From Trueperaceae bacterium (GTDB lineage Bacteria; Deinococcota; Deinococci; Deinococcales; Trueperaceae): a DNA stretch of 64,000 nt. The position numbers and the translations under genes are program-made. Location of the stretch: assembly GCA_965214405.1 (NCBI GenBank), contig OZ243956.1, forward strand, positions 960,001 through 1,024,000, in the 5' to 3' direction. Of this stretch, positions 36,313 through 44,776 are shown one piece after another; the stretch's first letter is position 1; each line of letters starts with the position of its first letter. The notes beneath the pieces were generated by a model. The model was not told the DNA's origin. It searched no databases and was given only the letters and a program-made list of their open reading frames with translations.

Positions 36313-36678
36313 GCCTCTCGTAAGGATGGACTGCACCAGCGTAGACTCCACCAGGGTGGACTTCATCAGGATGTGGTTGTCGAACATCTTTGACTCCTTT
36401 CTCGGTGAAGCACGTTCGGTAATCGAACACATAGTGACCAAAAACCTGGTTTAGGGCTCGAGCCTGCGCTTCACCCTCTCAGGCACTTCTTCGCCTCCTT
36501 CCTTGCGGCTCCCACTACCTGTTGGGGACCTAAACGCCTGTGATTTTTCTTTTTGGGCGTGAGGAATCGTCAAAGAAACCGGGAGAAACCCCGCTGCGCT
36601 TCGGCGGACCCGTCACGTAGGCAGTGTCACAAAGGGTAAATATGAAAAGGAAGAACTCGGAGCTGTGCGCGGCCAGCT

Positions 36679-37164
36679 TTACGCGGCGTCTCCCCTGACC
36701 GGATCGGCAGGCGAGTAAACCATGCTTCTAAAGGAGCCGCGTCGCCAGCCAAGCGTAAGCGTGCGCAGGAGCAGATAAGCCACAAAACCGACCGGCCCGA
36801 GCATCAGCACGAGGTACAGAAGCGGGCTCACCAGCAGCCAGGGAATACGGTTGGCGCGGCTGTCTAAGTAGGCCCAGCGGGCGACGAAGAGGTCAAAGGC
36901 CAGAAAGTGCTGCCAGGCGAGCGTTGTGCCTAGAGGCGTGCTCAGGAGGCTCGAGACGCTTTCCACAGTGGGCGGATCGAACGCGCTCAGGACGGCCCCG
37001 ACGTTCGGCAACGCCAAAACGACGTAGAGCAGGGCGGGACCCAGGATGACCCAGGGAGAGCGCATCACGCGCTCGGTCACGCCCCAAAAGGGCAAGGCAA
37101 CGATCAAGAACCAGAAGGGGGCGACAAGGGGAAAGCCGAGGGAGAAAAGGGGCTCGAGCGTCAT
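36679..37164 (-). CDS. ABA4-like (DUF4281) membrane protein
   Basis: PFWFL..LP.W..T, 'AWQHFLAFDLFVARW' and LMLGPVG. Confidence 0.88.
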   Translation of the reverse strand: MTLEPLFSLGFPLVAPFWFLIVALPFWGVTERVMRSPWVILGPALLYVVLALPNVGAVLSAFDPPTVESVSSLLSTPLGTTLAWQHFLAFDLFVARWAYLDSRANRIPWLLVSPLLYLVLMLGPVGFVAYLLLRTLTLGWRRGSFRSMVYSPADPVRGDAA

Positions 37165-37165
37165 T

Positions 37166-38164
37166 TCAAATACTCCCGCTCGCGTTTACGCCCGGCCCGC
37201 GCCGCGCTGCGGCCCAGATACCCAAGATGGCGAGCGCCGTGACGCCGACGAGCCCCCCCAGCAGCCCGAGCTGGAGCGCGTCCGGGGCGATGACGGACTG
37301 GTTACGCAGCGCCTGAAAAGTCACCAAGGCGACCAAGCCGAGATAGAAAAAGCTCGCCGTCCAGACCGTCGCCACCTTGGCCCGCAAGGACCAGCGCCGC
37401 CGCCTCGAGAGTAGCAAACCCAACAGTGGAATCACCTGAGCCCCGTGGATGCCGACGAAGTGCGGGATGCGCAGGTCGCCGTGCTGCGTGCTCCAGCCTA
37501 GAAAGGGCAAGCCCGGCCCCCCGTCAACGTCGCCGACGGTGTGCGCGCCGATCAGGTCGAGCCGCTCACCCGCCCCCAACGCCGCCTGCTGCGTCGCGTT
37601 GGGTCCGGGCATCAAAAAGCCTAGGCCGAGCCCGATGACCGCGATACCCAGCCCCAGCTTGAGGGCGTGCGAGAGGTCGCGTTCGGGCAACCTTTGAAAA
37701 GCCAGCACCACCGCGCCCACAATGGTGATGAGCCACCAAATGATGATGGTTACGCTCATCGTGCTCCACAGCGCCGCGTCGAGAGGCGTCGAAACGTTGA
37801 AGTGCATCGCCCGCCCCCGCGCCGCCTGAAAGGCGATAAGCGCCATTTCAAAAATAAGTATCCCCCCAGCGGCGTGACCCACGAACCCCACGAGCCGCGG
37901 GCGGGTCTTTATAAAGGTGAGCATCCACAAGAACGTAATTCCGTAGATAAAGAAGGAAAGCGCGAACTTAGTCGTCTTGGCCCAGGTGGGCGCGCCCAGA
38001 ACGGTGCGCGGGTCAACCACAAGGCCGACGAGGCCGACCAAAACCATCACCGCCGAGACGAGGACGAACAGAGTGAGCGTCGCGTTGAAGCGCCAGGCGC
38101 GGTGCAGCAGGCGTAGTGGAGAAGCTAAGCGGATGGGTCCTAGAGTCGTGAGCTGGGTATTCAT
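37166..38164 (-). CDS. Multi-pass membrane protein paired with the ABA4-like gene
   Basis: WAKTTKFALS, QAARG..MHFN, GAHTVG..DGGPGLP and GDLRIPHFVGIHGAQ; AGGAG RBS. Confidence 0.8.
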   Translation of the reverse strand: MNTQLTTLGPIRLASPLRLLHRAWRFNATLTLFVLVSAVMVLVGLVGLVVDPRTVLGAPTWAKTTKFALSFFIYGITFLWMLTFIKTRPRLVGFVGHAAGGILIFEMALIAFQAARGRAMHFNVSTPLDAALWSTMSVTIIIWWLITIVGAVVLAFQRLPERDLSHALKLGLGIAVIGLGLGFLMPGPNATQQAALGAGERLDLIGAHTVGDVDGGPGLPFLGWSTQHGDLRIPHFVGIHGAQVIPLLGLLLSRRRRWSLRAKVATVWTASFFYLGLVALVTFQALRNQSVIAPDALQLGLLGGLVGVTALAILGIWAAARRGPGVNASGSI

Positions 38165-38198
38165 CTTCTCTCCTTTGTACGTATACATAAAGACTTTT

Positions 38199-38222
38199 GT
38201 TTACACTGTTAACGGCGTGAAC
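38199..38222. promoter_or_regulatory. Putative TetR operators (GTTTAC-N3-GTTAAC-like, two overlapping)
   Basis: gtttacactgttaacggcgtgaac; matches the reverse complement of 38909-38923. Confidence 0.65.
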
Positions 38223-38251
38223 CAAAAAAATCACGTCACAGCATCACCCCC

Positions 38252-38896
38252 TCAACTCAGAAAGCCTTTAAGCATTTTGGCAACGAAAATATCGGTCATC
38301 GACTGCGTCTGCGACACATCACAGAAGGGCATACTGACGGCTAACGCGACGATGCCGTGGACGCCCGACCAGAGGGTGTTGGCGGCGTCTCGAGTGCTGT
38401 ATTCGCCCAGATGTCCCGCCTTTTGTGCGTCGGCCACGGCGTTTGACAAAACGTTGAAACTTTCGATGGCGGGCCGGTGCCCGTCGGGCCGGGGACGGGT
38501 CAGGTACTCGCCGCGCTGCATAAACATCAGCCGGTAACGCAGGGGGTGCTCGAGCCCAAACTCTATATAGGCGCGCGCCATCTCAGCGAGGCGCTCAGCG
38601 GGATCGCTCGCGCGGTCGAACGCCGCCTGCTGGGTGCGTTCGAACACCGCAAAGCCTTCCAGGGCGATCATAAACAGCAAGTCGTCTTTGTTGTCGAAGT
38701 AGCGGTAGATGGCGGTCGGGGTGTAGCCGATGGCCTCGGCCACCCCTCGGAGCGAAAAAGCCTCATAACCGTGCTCGAGAAAAAGCTTCTCAGCCGCCCC
38801 CAAAATTTCGCGGTACCGCGCCTCACGTTCGCGCGTGCGCCGCGCCGCCGCACCCTGCTTGATACGCTCGTTCGCTGTTAGCTCTGTAATATTCAT
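38252..38896 (-). CDS. TetR-family regulator (WHG-type C-terminus)
   Basis: FSLRGVAEAIGYTPTAIYRYFDNK, YRLMF and LWSGVHG. Confidence 0.93.
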   Translation of the reverse strand: MNITELTANERIKQGAAARRTREREARYREILGAAEKLFLEHGYEAFSLRGVAEAIGYTPTAIYRYFDNKDDLLFMIALEGFAVFERTQQAAFDRASDPAERLAEMARAYIEFGLEHPLRYRLMFMQRGEYLTRPRPDGHRPAIESFNVLSNAVADAQKAGHLGEYSTRDAANTLWSGVHGIVALAVSMPFCDVSQTQSMTDIFVAKMLKGFLS

Positions 38897-38902
38897 AGCA
38901 TC

Positions 38903-38931
38903 ACTATAGTTAACGCTGTAAACTTTGTCAA
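38903..38931 (-). promoter_or_regulatory. Leaderless promoter TTGACA-17-TATAGT with an operator in the spacer
   Basis: -35 at 38931-38926 and -10 at 38908-38903, 6 nt before ATG 38896. Operator gttaacgctgtaaac at 38909-38923. Confidence 0.8.
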
Positions 38932-39034
38932 TAGCGCTTAGCCTTCACTAAGCTTTATCAGGCCTGCTCGTGTAAAAAGAAGAGGGTAGGACCGTGATGC
39001 CCAAAGACGTATCATGGTTTGGGGTGGTTTTGAA

Positions 39035-39069
39035 AATAATAAAGAGAAAGAGAGCGCCGCGGCGCTCTC
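39035..39069 (-). terminator. Intrinsic terminator downstream of the small HTH ORF
   Basis: gagagcgcc-gc-ggcgctctc inverted repeat followed by a T-rich tract on the minus strand. Confidence 0.65.
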
Positions 39070-39095
39070 CCAAAGCTTATGGTGCTTTTTTCCAG

Positions 39096-39266
39096 CTAAA
39101 CGCGTTCCCGCCACTCGCGCCCGAGCCGCCGCGGCTTGATGGGCGTTTCTTTGACAATCTCCCCCGTCATCTCGGCGCGTTTGCCCTGGAGGTACTGCTC
39201 GAGCACCTGGACGCTCACGCCCAACTGTTTGGCTATTCGCTGATTTTTCACCCTAGAATCGTTCAT
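39096..39266 (-). CDS. 56-aa putative helix-turn-helix protein (absent from the ORF track)
   Basis: MNDSRVKNQRIAKQLGVSVQVLEQYLQGKRAEMTGEIVKETPIKPRRLGREWRERV. Purine-rich RBS upstream and terminator downstream. Confidence 0.65.
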   Translation of the reverse strand: MNDSRVKNQRIAKQLGVSVQVLEQYLQGKRAEMTGEIVKETPIKPRRLGREWRERV

Positions 39267-39489
39267 CCTCTTCCCCTCTCATCCGGCACCCGTTGGGGTC
39301 CGGTCAAGAACCTCTCCGCCTCGGATACGAGCGGATACAAAACTGCGGACGGAGCCAAGACGAAGAAAGAACGTAGCCCGTAATATGCACCAGCGGCTTC
39401 TAAGAATGATGTGTCGGCTAAAGCGACACGTGCAGGTCGATAAGCAGAGTTTACTCTCTCATCCCACGGGGATTTGTAGCGGCTGCTGG

Positions 39490-39539
39490 AAAAAGTACAA
39501 CGCTCGAGCCGATGTGAAGAGCGTCACATCGGCTCGAGC
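39490..39539 (-). terminator. 16-bp perfect hairpin, probable terminator
   Basis: gctcgagccgatgtga-agagcg-tcacatcggctcgagc (39502-39539), followed by gttgtacttttt on the minus strand. Confidence 0.6.
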
Positions 39540-39707
39540 TCAAAACCCCTCCACGCGCGAGTTGGGTGAGGCTGTTAAAGCTGTGAAAGAGGGTTAAAGT
39601 AGCCGTTCCGCGACATATTAAGACAATTGGGCGCAGGCATCATCACCGAAAGTGCGTACCAGACGGCACTTTATAAAGTGGACACGTCCCAAACCAGGTG
39701 ATACCTG

Positions 39708-40004
39708 CTAAAGATAAGAAGAAGCGGGCACGTACTCGAACAGCATGGGTTGAGGAGCAAAATAGGGTTCGAACACGAGGTCTAAGTCATCTAAGGCCGC
39801 GCTGCTCAATTCTGGGTTGAACGCCGCCCAGGCCGTGCCCATCTGCACCGCGTGCGCGCCCTCACGGCGCTCTTTGTTAAAGCCATAATCGACCAAGCCA
39901 CCGTGCAAGCTGTTCCAGTGTGCTAGCGCACTGCACAAAAAGAGATACGCGCCTTCGTTCGTCCTTACCGTAATCAAAATATAGTCGTCCAGTACACCAA
40001 ACAT
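39708..40004 (-). CDS. Hypothetical protein (98 aa)
   Basis: ORF starts about 10 nt downstream of the preceding stop; no recognised motif. Confidence 0.6.
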   Translation of the reverse strand: MFGVLDDYILITVRTNEGAYLFLCSALAHWNSLHGGLVDYGFNKERREGAHAVQMGTAWAAFNPELSSAALDDLDLVFEPYFAPQPMLFEYVPASSYL

Positions 40005-40013
40005 AAGCGCCGC

Positions 40014-40286
40014 CTAGTTGAGATGCCTGAGAACGTAAGCCGCGCGCCGCCCCTGCACGTCGCTCGCCTCGTGCATCCGCAGAGTGTAGAGGGGTTCGGC
40101 GTGGTCCACACCCAGCACCGCGCCGGTGGGGAGAACCTGAGACAGGGCGGTCGCCGCCTCGCCGCTCACGTGGAGCGTCATCAGGAGGCCGCAGGCTTCG
40201 GTGACGAAGTCTTGAACGTTGCTTTGCAAATAGGCGTGAGCCAGGGGCCAGTAGCAGCGGTAGAGGGTCACTTCGGCGTGCGTCAT
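40014..40286 (-). CDS. Hypothetical protein (90 aa), first gene after the riboswitch
   Basis: AGAGGT RBS before MTHAEV. Confidence 0.65.
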   Translation of the reverse strand: MTHAEVTLYRCYWPLAHAYLQSNVQDFVTEACGLLMTLHVSGEAATALSQVLPTGAVLGVDHAEPLYTLRMHEASDVQGRRAAYVLRHLN

Positions 40287-40414
40287 CTTTACCTCTTTCT
40301 TTAACTTCTTAAGTCGTTGTCTCGAGAGCGAGTTGCGTCTCGAGAACCACTTAAAAACCGTCTCAAAAGAGGCGCGCGGCCGGAACCTTGCTGTGGGCAT
40401 TGGGAAGGGGTGAG

Positions 40415-40491
40415 TCCCGGCCGGTTGCGCCACTAGCTCCGCCCGCTCCAGGCGCCCACAGTACAGAACGGACTTCATCGCTTCCGAGGGA
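40415..40491 (-). promoter_or_regulatory. c-di-GMP-II riboswitch
   Basis: Minus strand reads GGAAGCGAUGAA-GUCCGUUC-...UGGGCGCCUG-GAGCGGGC-GGAGCUAGUGGCGCAACCGGCC. It has the class II core motifs, an 8-bp stem and a GCGCC/GGCGC pseudoknot. Confidence 0.88.
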
Positions 40492-40646
40492 GGGGTAGTC
40501 CCTCTGAAAGCAAGCGTACGTGAGCGGCGGCTAAGGGGGTGTAAGAAAGATTATGCGTCCAGCAGGAAGTAAAATGGCTAACAAGATGTGAAGTGAGCGC
40601 GTCACCCCGAGCTTCGCCCCGACCTTTGACACAGTCATGACACAGT

Positions 40647-40678
40647 AAAAATCCCGCGGCTGACAGGGCAGCCGCGGG
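40647..40678 (-). terminator. Intrinsic terminator at the end of the nuo transcription unit
   Basis: cccgcggctg/cagccgcggg stem followed by ATTTTT on the minus strand. Confidence 0.75.
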
Positions 40679-40700
40679 GGTAAAGCGCGTACTTTTGCGT

Positions 40701-40907
40701 CTACTGCGTTCTTTCGTCCGCTCCTATGAGGATAAACTCGCGCTCAAAGGGATGATAGTCAACGGTCCAGCGCAGCCCCTGGTACGTCACCACGGCCTCG
40801 TCGCCCGTCGCCTCCCAGGCTCTCTTAAAGGTTTCTCGCTGCTCTTCAGTCAGGTCGCCTTCGCTTACTACGGTTCTCTCTGCCATAAGATAAGCATACC
40901 CCATCAA
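40701..40907 (-). CDS. Small acidic hypothetical protein
   Basis: 68-aa ORF overlapping the methyltransferase stop, with GGAGG upstream and the terminator downstream. Confidence 0.6.
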   Translation of the reverse strand: MMGYAYLMAERTVVSEGDLTEEQRETFKRAWEATGDEAVVTYQGLRWTVDYHPFEREFILIGADERTQ

Positions 40908-41833
40908 GCTTTACCCTCCGCGCGAACGGCGGTTATGAGCAGGTCGTACTTGCCTGTAATAAACACCTTGAACTTGTGCTGTTGCAGGTACTTTTTGTAA
41001 AACGCTAGGTCTTTCACGAGCAGCGACAGCTCAGCCTGACGGAAATTTTTCATCCGCGCGCCGTAGACAACCTCGCCGTCTACGTAGCGGCTGTTAGGAA
41101 AGCCGAGGATGAGCGCGCCCCGCTCGGTGAGACGGTTTTGGACAAGGTTTCGCAACAGGTCGCGGTCGCGCACGCCCGGACTTTGCAGGGTGTCTATAGA
41201 AATCACCAAGTCGAAGTGGGGGAGCTCGAGCCCCGCCAGTTCGTTAACATCCGCCACATGAAAAGTGAAGCGCGGCCCCGGAAACCGCTCCCTCGCACGC
41301 GCGACGGCACTTTCCGAATGGTCCACACCGACAAAACGCAGGCTCCGGTACATGTCGGGCGGGTAGAGGCGTTCAAAAGGCGCGAACTCGTCGCCCGTAT
41401 TTATACCCAAATCCAGCACGGTGCCGCCGGGCGGGAGGGCGGCTCGAGCCAAAGCCTCCTCATAGTCGAGCAAGAAGGTAGGTTCCTCGAGCTTGCTCAC
41501 ACGCCCGAAGGGAGAATCGGGGCCGTACTTTTCGGTACCTTCCGCTTCACGCCACGGGGCTTGGAGGTCCAAAGGTTGAAACCGAAGTGTAACGTGCGCG
41601 CCGTCCGCTAGAGGAGTTAGAAAGCGGCAGTTAAGGCGTTCGGCCAAGTCCAGCCAGCTTTTATAAGGGCGGTGGCGGTAGGTGACGCCGTTAATCTCTA
41701 CCCGTTCGCCTGAGAAGAGGTTGGGGTACCCGTCGGGGTTGAGGACGGTGAAGGTGAGGAGGGGGGTGGGGGGCTCGAGCCGCGCCCGCAAATGTTCGAC
41801 AATCTTGTGTAGGGGTTCGTCGGTAAAGGTCAC
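40904..41833 (-). CDS. Class I SAM-dependent methyltransferase
   Basis: VLDLGINTGDE, VGVDHS and FDLVISIDTLQ. GTG start after GGGGAG. Confidence 0.82.
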   Translation of the reverse strand: MTFTDEPLHKIVEHLRARLEPPTPLLTFTVLNPDGYPNLFSGERVEINGVTYRHRPYKSWLDLAERLNCRFLTPLADGAHVTLRFQPLDLQAPWREAEGTEKYGPDSPFGRVSKLEEPTFLLDYEEALARAALPPGGTVLDLGINTGDEFAPFERLYPPDMYRSLRFVGVDHSESAVARARERFPGPRFTFHVADVNELAGLELPHFDLVISIDTLQSPGVRDRDLLRNLVQNRLTERGALILGFPNSRYVDGEVVYGARMKNFRQAELSLLVKDLAFYKKYLQQHKFKVFITGKYDLLITAVRAEGKA

Positions 41834-41838
41834 CGGGC

Positions 41839-43275
41839 TTATCTCCCCACGATGAACCCCTGCGCGATGGGGGCCAATGCGGTTTCGACAATACCCAAAG
41901 TCGGCCCCGGAAAAGTCCCGACGAGCACCACGCCGAGCGCCGCCACGCCAAGCGCGACCAGCCCAATCATTTTGACGTCTACCGCCCGTGCCCCCTCGTC
42001 CGCCGGACTCAGCCACATCGCCACCACCACCCGCAGGTAATAGGCGTACGCGATGACCGTGTTGAGCACCGCCACCACCGCGAGCGTCAAGAGCCCCGCG
42101 TCCACCGCACTCTTGAACACGAAAAGTTTACCCGCGAAGCCCGCCAAGAGCGGTACCCCGGCTAAAGAAAGCAAAAAGAGTGTGAAAAGAAACGCGGGAA
42201 AGGGGCTGCGTTTGCCGAGACCGGAGTAGGACCCAAGCTCCTCCCTCACGCCAGCGTTGCGTAAAAGCTCGAGACTGGTAAACGCCCCGATATTGGTAAT
42301 CGCGTAGGCAAGCGCGTAAAAGATGACCGCGCCGAACCCGGCCACCGTCCCCGCCGCCAGACCCACCACGATGGTGCCGAGTTGCGCCACCGACGAGTAC
42401 CCCAGCAGGCGCTTGAGGTTCGTTTGGCGCAACGCTTGTAGATTGCCGACGGTCATTGTCAGGGCGGCGAGCCAGACCAACGCCTGCTGAGGGGCCGCGC
42501 CGACTATGTCGAGCCTAAAAACTTGTGTAAAAAGATTCCCCAGCGCGATGACCGCGCCCGCCTTGGGTCCCACCGACAGGAGCGCAGCGACCATCGTCGG
42601 GGCACCTTGATAAGCGTCGGGCGTCCAGGCGTGAAAAGGGACCAGCGCGAGTTTGAAGCCGAAACCAACGAGCGTGAGCGCCACGCCGGGCCAGAGGAGC
42701 GCGGGGAGGGTGGGAGAAAGCGCCAGGGTTGCCGCAATCTCGTCGTAATAAAAACCGCCTCCGGCCCCAAAAAGAAACGAGAAACCGTAGAGGAGGAGGG
42801 CGCTCGAAACCGCCCCCAACGTAAAATACTTTGTCGCCGCCTCCGTGCTGCGCCGCGCGTCGCGGTAGTAGCCGACCAGGACGTAAGTGCTGTAGCTCGA
42901 GAGTTCAATGCCGACGTATAGCAGCAAGAGGTTGTTCGCGGCGACCATCAAGGTGCCGCCAAGGGCGGTGTAGAGGATGAAGGCGTAAAATTCCGCCCGT
43001 CCGGCGTGATACTTGCCAGGTTCGGCCATCGCGCCCAAAATAACGAGCGCGGCGATGAGCGAGAGCGTCATCCCGCCCAGCGCCGCCAAACCGCCGAGTT
43101 GCACCATCCCCAGGAGCGTGCCCGTTTCGTTGTAAGAAAGGGCGAAAAGGAGGAAAGCTATCACGGACGCGCCGAGGCTTATGGCGGCGGGAATGATGGG
43201 ACGCTCCTCAAACGAGGGCACGAGCAGCACGATGCTGGCACCGACGACGAGCGTTAAAAGCGCGGCGAGAAACAT
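41839..43275 (-). CDS. nuoN: NADH-quinone oxidoreductase subunit N
   Basis: EAATKYF and FKLALVPFHAWTPDAYQGAP. Confidence 0.93.
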   Translation of the reverse strand: MFLAALLTLVVGASIVLLVPSFEERPIIPAAISLGASVIAFLLFALSYNETGTLLGMVQLGGLAALGGMTLSLIAALVILGAMAEPGKYHAGRAEFYAFILYTALGGTLMVAANNLLLLYVGIELSSYSTYVLVGYYRDARRSTEAATKYFTLGAVSSALLLYGFSFLFGAGGGFYYDEIAATLALSPTLPALLWPGVALTLVGFGFKLALVPFHAWTPDAYQGAPTMVAALLSVGPKAGAVIALGNLFTQVFRLDIVGAAPQQALVWLAALTMTVGNLQALRQTNLKRLLGYSSVAQLGTIVVGLAAGTVAGFGAVIFYALAYAITNIGAFTSLELLRNAGVREELGSYSGLGKRSPFPAFLFTLFLLSLAGVPLLAGFAGKLFVFKSAVDAGLLTLAVVAVLNTVIAYAYYLRVVVAMWLSPADEGARAVDVKMIGLVALGVAALGVVLVGTFPGPTLGIVETALAPIAQGFIVGR

Positions 43276-43276
43276 C

Positions 43277-44776
43277 CTAAAAGCCCGCCATGCGCTCGAG
43301 CCCCCGCAACACCGGCCCCACCGCCGCGTCGATGTAGGGCGTCAGACTCGGCGGCCACAGGCCCCAGAGGAGCGCGAGAAAGACTAAGGGGGCGGCGGCG
43401 AGGAGCTCGAGCCGCTTCAAGTCGTACAAATCATAATCCTCCCGCATCCCCTCCGTCGGCTCACCCAAAAGCACCCGCTGCACCGTCCAGAGCATCAGGC
43501 CGCCGTTGATGAGGATGCCGAAAACGCCCAGCACTGCAAAGACTGTGGTTGCTGGATTCTGAAACGCGCCCAGCAGCGCCTGAAACTCCGCGACAAAACC
43601 CGCCAAGCCCGGAATCCCCGCGCCGCCGAGGAGAGACAACCACATGAGACCGCCGAGTACGGGCATCGCCGTATACATCCCCCGCATCGCGCCAATTGCG
43701 CGGGTGTGGGTGCGCATTGAAAGCATCCCGACGAGCATAAACATAAGCCCGGTGATGACGCCGTGCGCGACCATCCCGTAGACCGCGCCGTGGACGCCAA
43801 AGGGGGTGAGCGAGGCAACACCCAAAAGCACAAAGCCCATGTGATTGACCGACGAGTAGGCGACGAGCCTTTTTAAGTCCGCTTGCCCGAGCGCCACATA
43901 GCCGCCGTAGAGGATGCCGAGCACCGCGAGCGCCGCCAAGTAGGGCTGGAGCGTCCCCATCGCCTGGGGGAAAAAAGCCAGGTTAAAGCGCACCAGCCCG
44001 TAACCGCCCATCTTGAGAAGCACCCCAGCGAGGAGGATGGAGCCCGCCGTGGGCGCCTGCGTGTGCGCGTGGGGCAGCCAGGTGTGAAAGGGAAAGGCGG
44101 GGAGTTTGATAAGGAACGCCACCGTGAAACCCAGGCAGAGGAGGAGCGAGGCACCTTTGGCGACCCCCAAAGCGGGCAGAGTTGCCGCAAGCACCCGATA
44201 GTCAAAACTCACCGGCCCGCCGTTCGCGGCCAAGGCGGCGGCCCCGAGGATGCCGACGAGCAGAAAGACCGAGCCGAAAAGCGAGTAGAGCAAAAACTTC
44301 AGTGCCGCGTAGCGCCGCCCCTCGTAACCCCACACGCCGATGATGAAGAACATGGGAATCAGGACCAGCTCAAAGGCGACGAAAAAGAGGATGAGGTCGA
44401 GCGCGGCGAAAGTCGCGGTGAGCGCACCCTGCAAGAGCAAAAAGAGCGCGAAGAAGCCGCCTTGTGAATCCTCCTCTGTCCGCCGCCACTCGACTAACAC
44501 CGACAAGAGCGTGAGCAGCGCGGTGAGGAAGACGAAGGGCAAGCTCAGCCCGTCTAAGCCGACGCGGTAGCCGATGCCCAAACTCGGCACCCAAGAGAGG
44601 GACTGCACGTACTGGAAACCGCCCTCTGACAAGTCATACCCTACCCACAGCCCGAGGCTGAGGAGCGTCGTCAGCCCTGTAACCCCCAGGGCCAGCCAGC
44701 GGTAAAGCTTGCCATTACGCAAAAGCGCCACCACCGCCGCCCCGACAAGGGGCATAAAAATGAGCACCGAAATCAC
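43277..44776 (-). CDS. nuoM: NADH-quinone oxidoreductase subunit M
   Basis: DGLS, FELVLIP, KLPAFPFHTWLPHAH and LLKMGGYG. Confidence 0.93.
   Translation of the reverse strand: MISVLIFMPLVGAAVVALLRNGKLYRWLALGVTGLTTLLSLGLWVGYDLSEGGFQYVQSLSWVPSLGIGYRVGLDGLSLPFVFLTALLTLLSVLVEWRRTEEDSQGGFFALFLLLQGALTATFAALDLILFFVAFELVLIPMFFIIGVWGYEGRRYAALKFLLYSLFGSVFLLVGILGAAALAANGGPVSFDYRVLAATLPALGVAKGASLLLCLGFTVAFLIKLPAFPFHTWLPHAHTQAPTAGSILLAGVLLKMGGYGLVRFNLAFFPQAMGTLQPYLAALAVLGILYGGYVALGQADLKRLVAYSSVNHMGFVLLGVASLTPFGVHGAVYGMVAHGVITGLMFMLVGMLSMRTHTRAIGAMRGMYTAMPVLGGLMWLSLLGGAGIPGLAGFVAEFQALLGAFQNPATTVFAVLGVFGILINGGLMLWTVQRVLLGEPTEGMREDYDLYDLKRLELLAAAPLVFLALLWGLWPPSLTPYIDAAVGPVLRGLERMAGF

Noticed and set aside
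36238..36441. N-terminal extension of TetR in the ORF track
   Set aside because: It spans a consensus promoter and operators, and an RBS precedes GTG 36237. It is kept only as a possible alternative start.
38994..39597. Plus-strand ORFs 38994..39383 and 39385..39597
   Set aside because: They cross hairpins and lie antisense to the better-supported HTH microgene; no motifs are recognisable.
40287..40478. N-terminal extension of ORF 40014..40478
   Set aside because: It overlaps the c-di-GMP-II riboswitch; the RBS supports ATG 40286.
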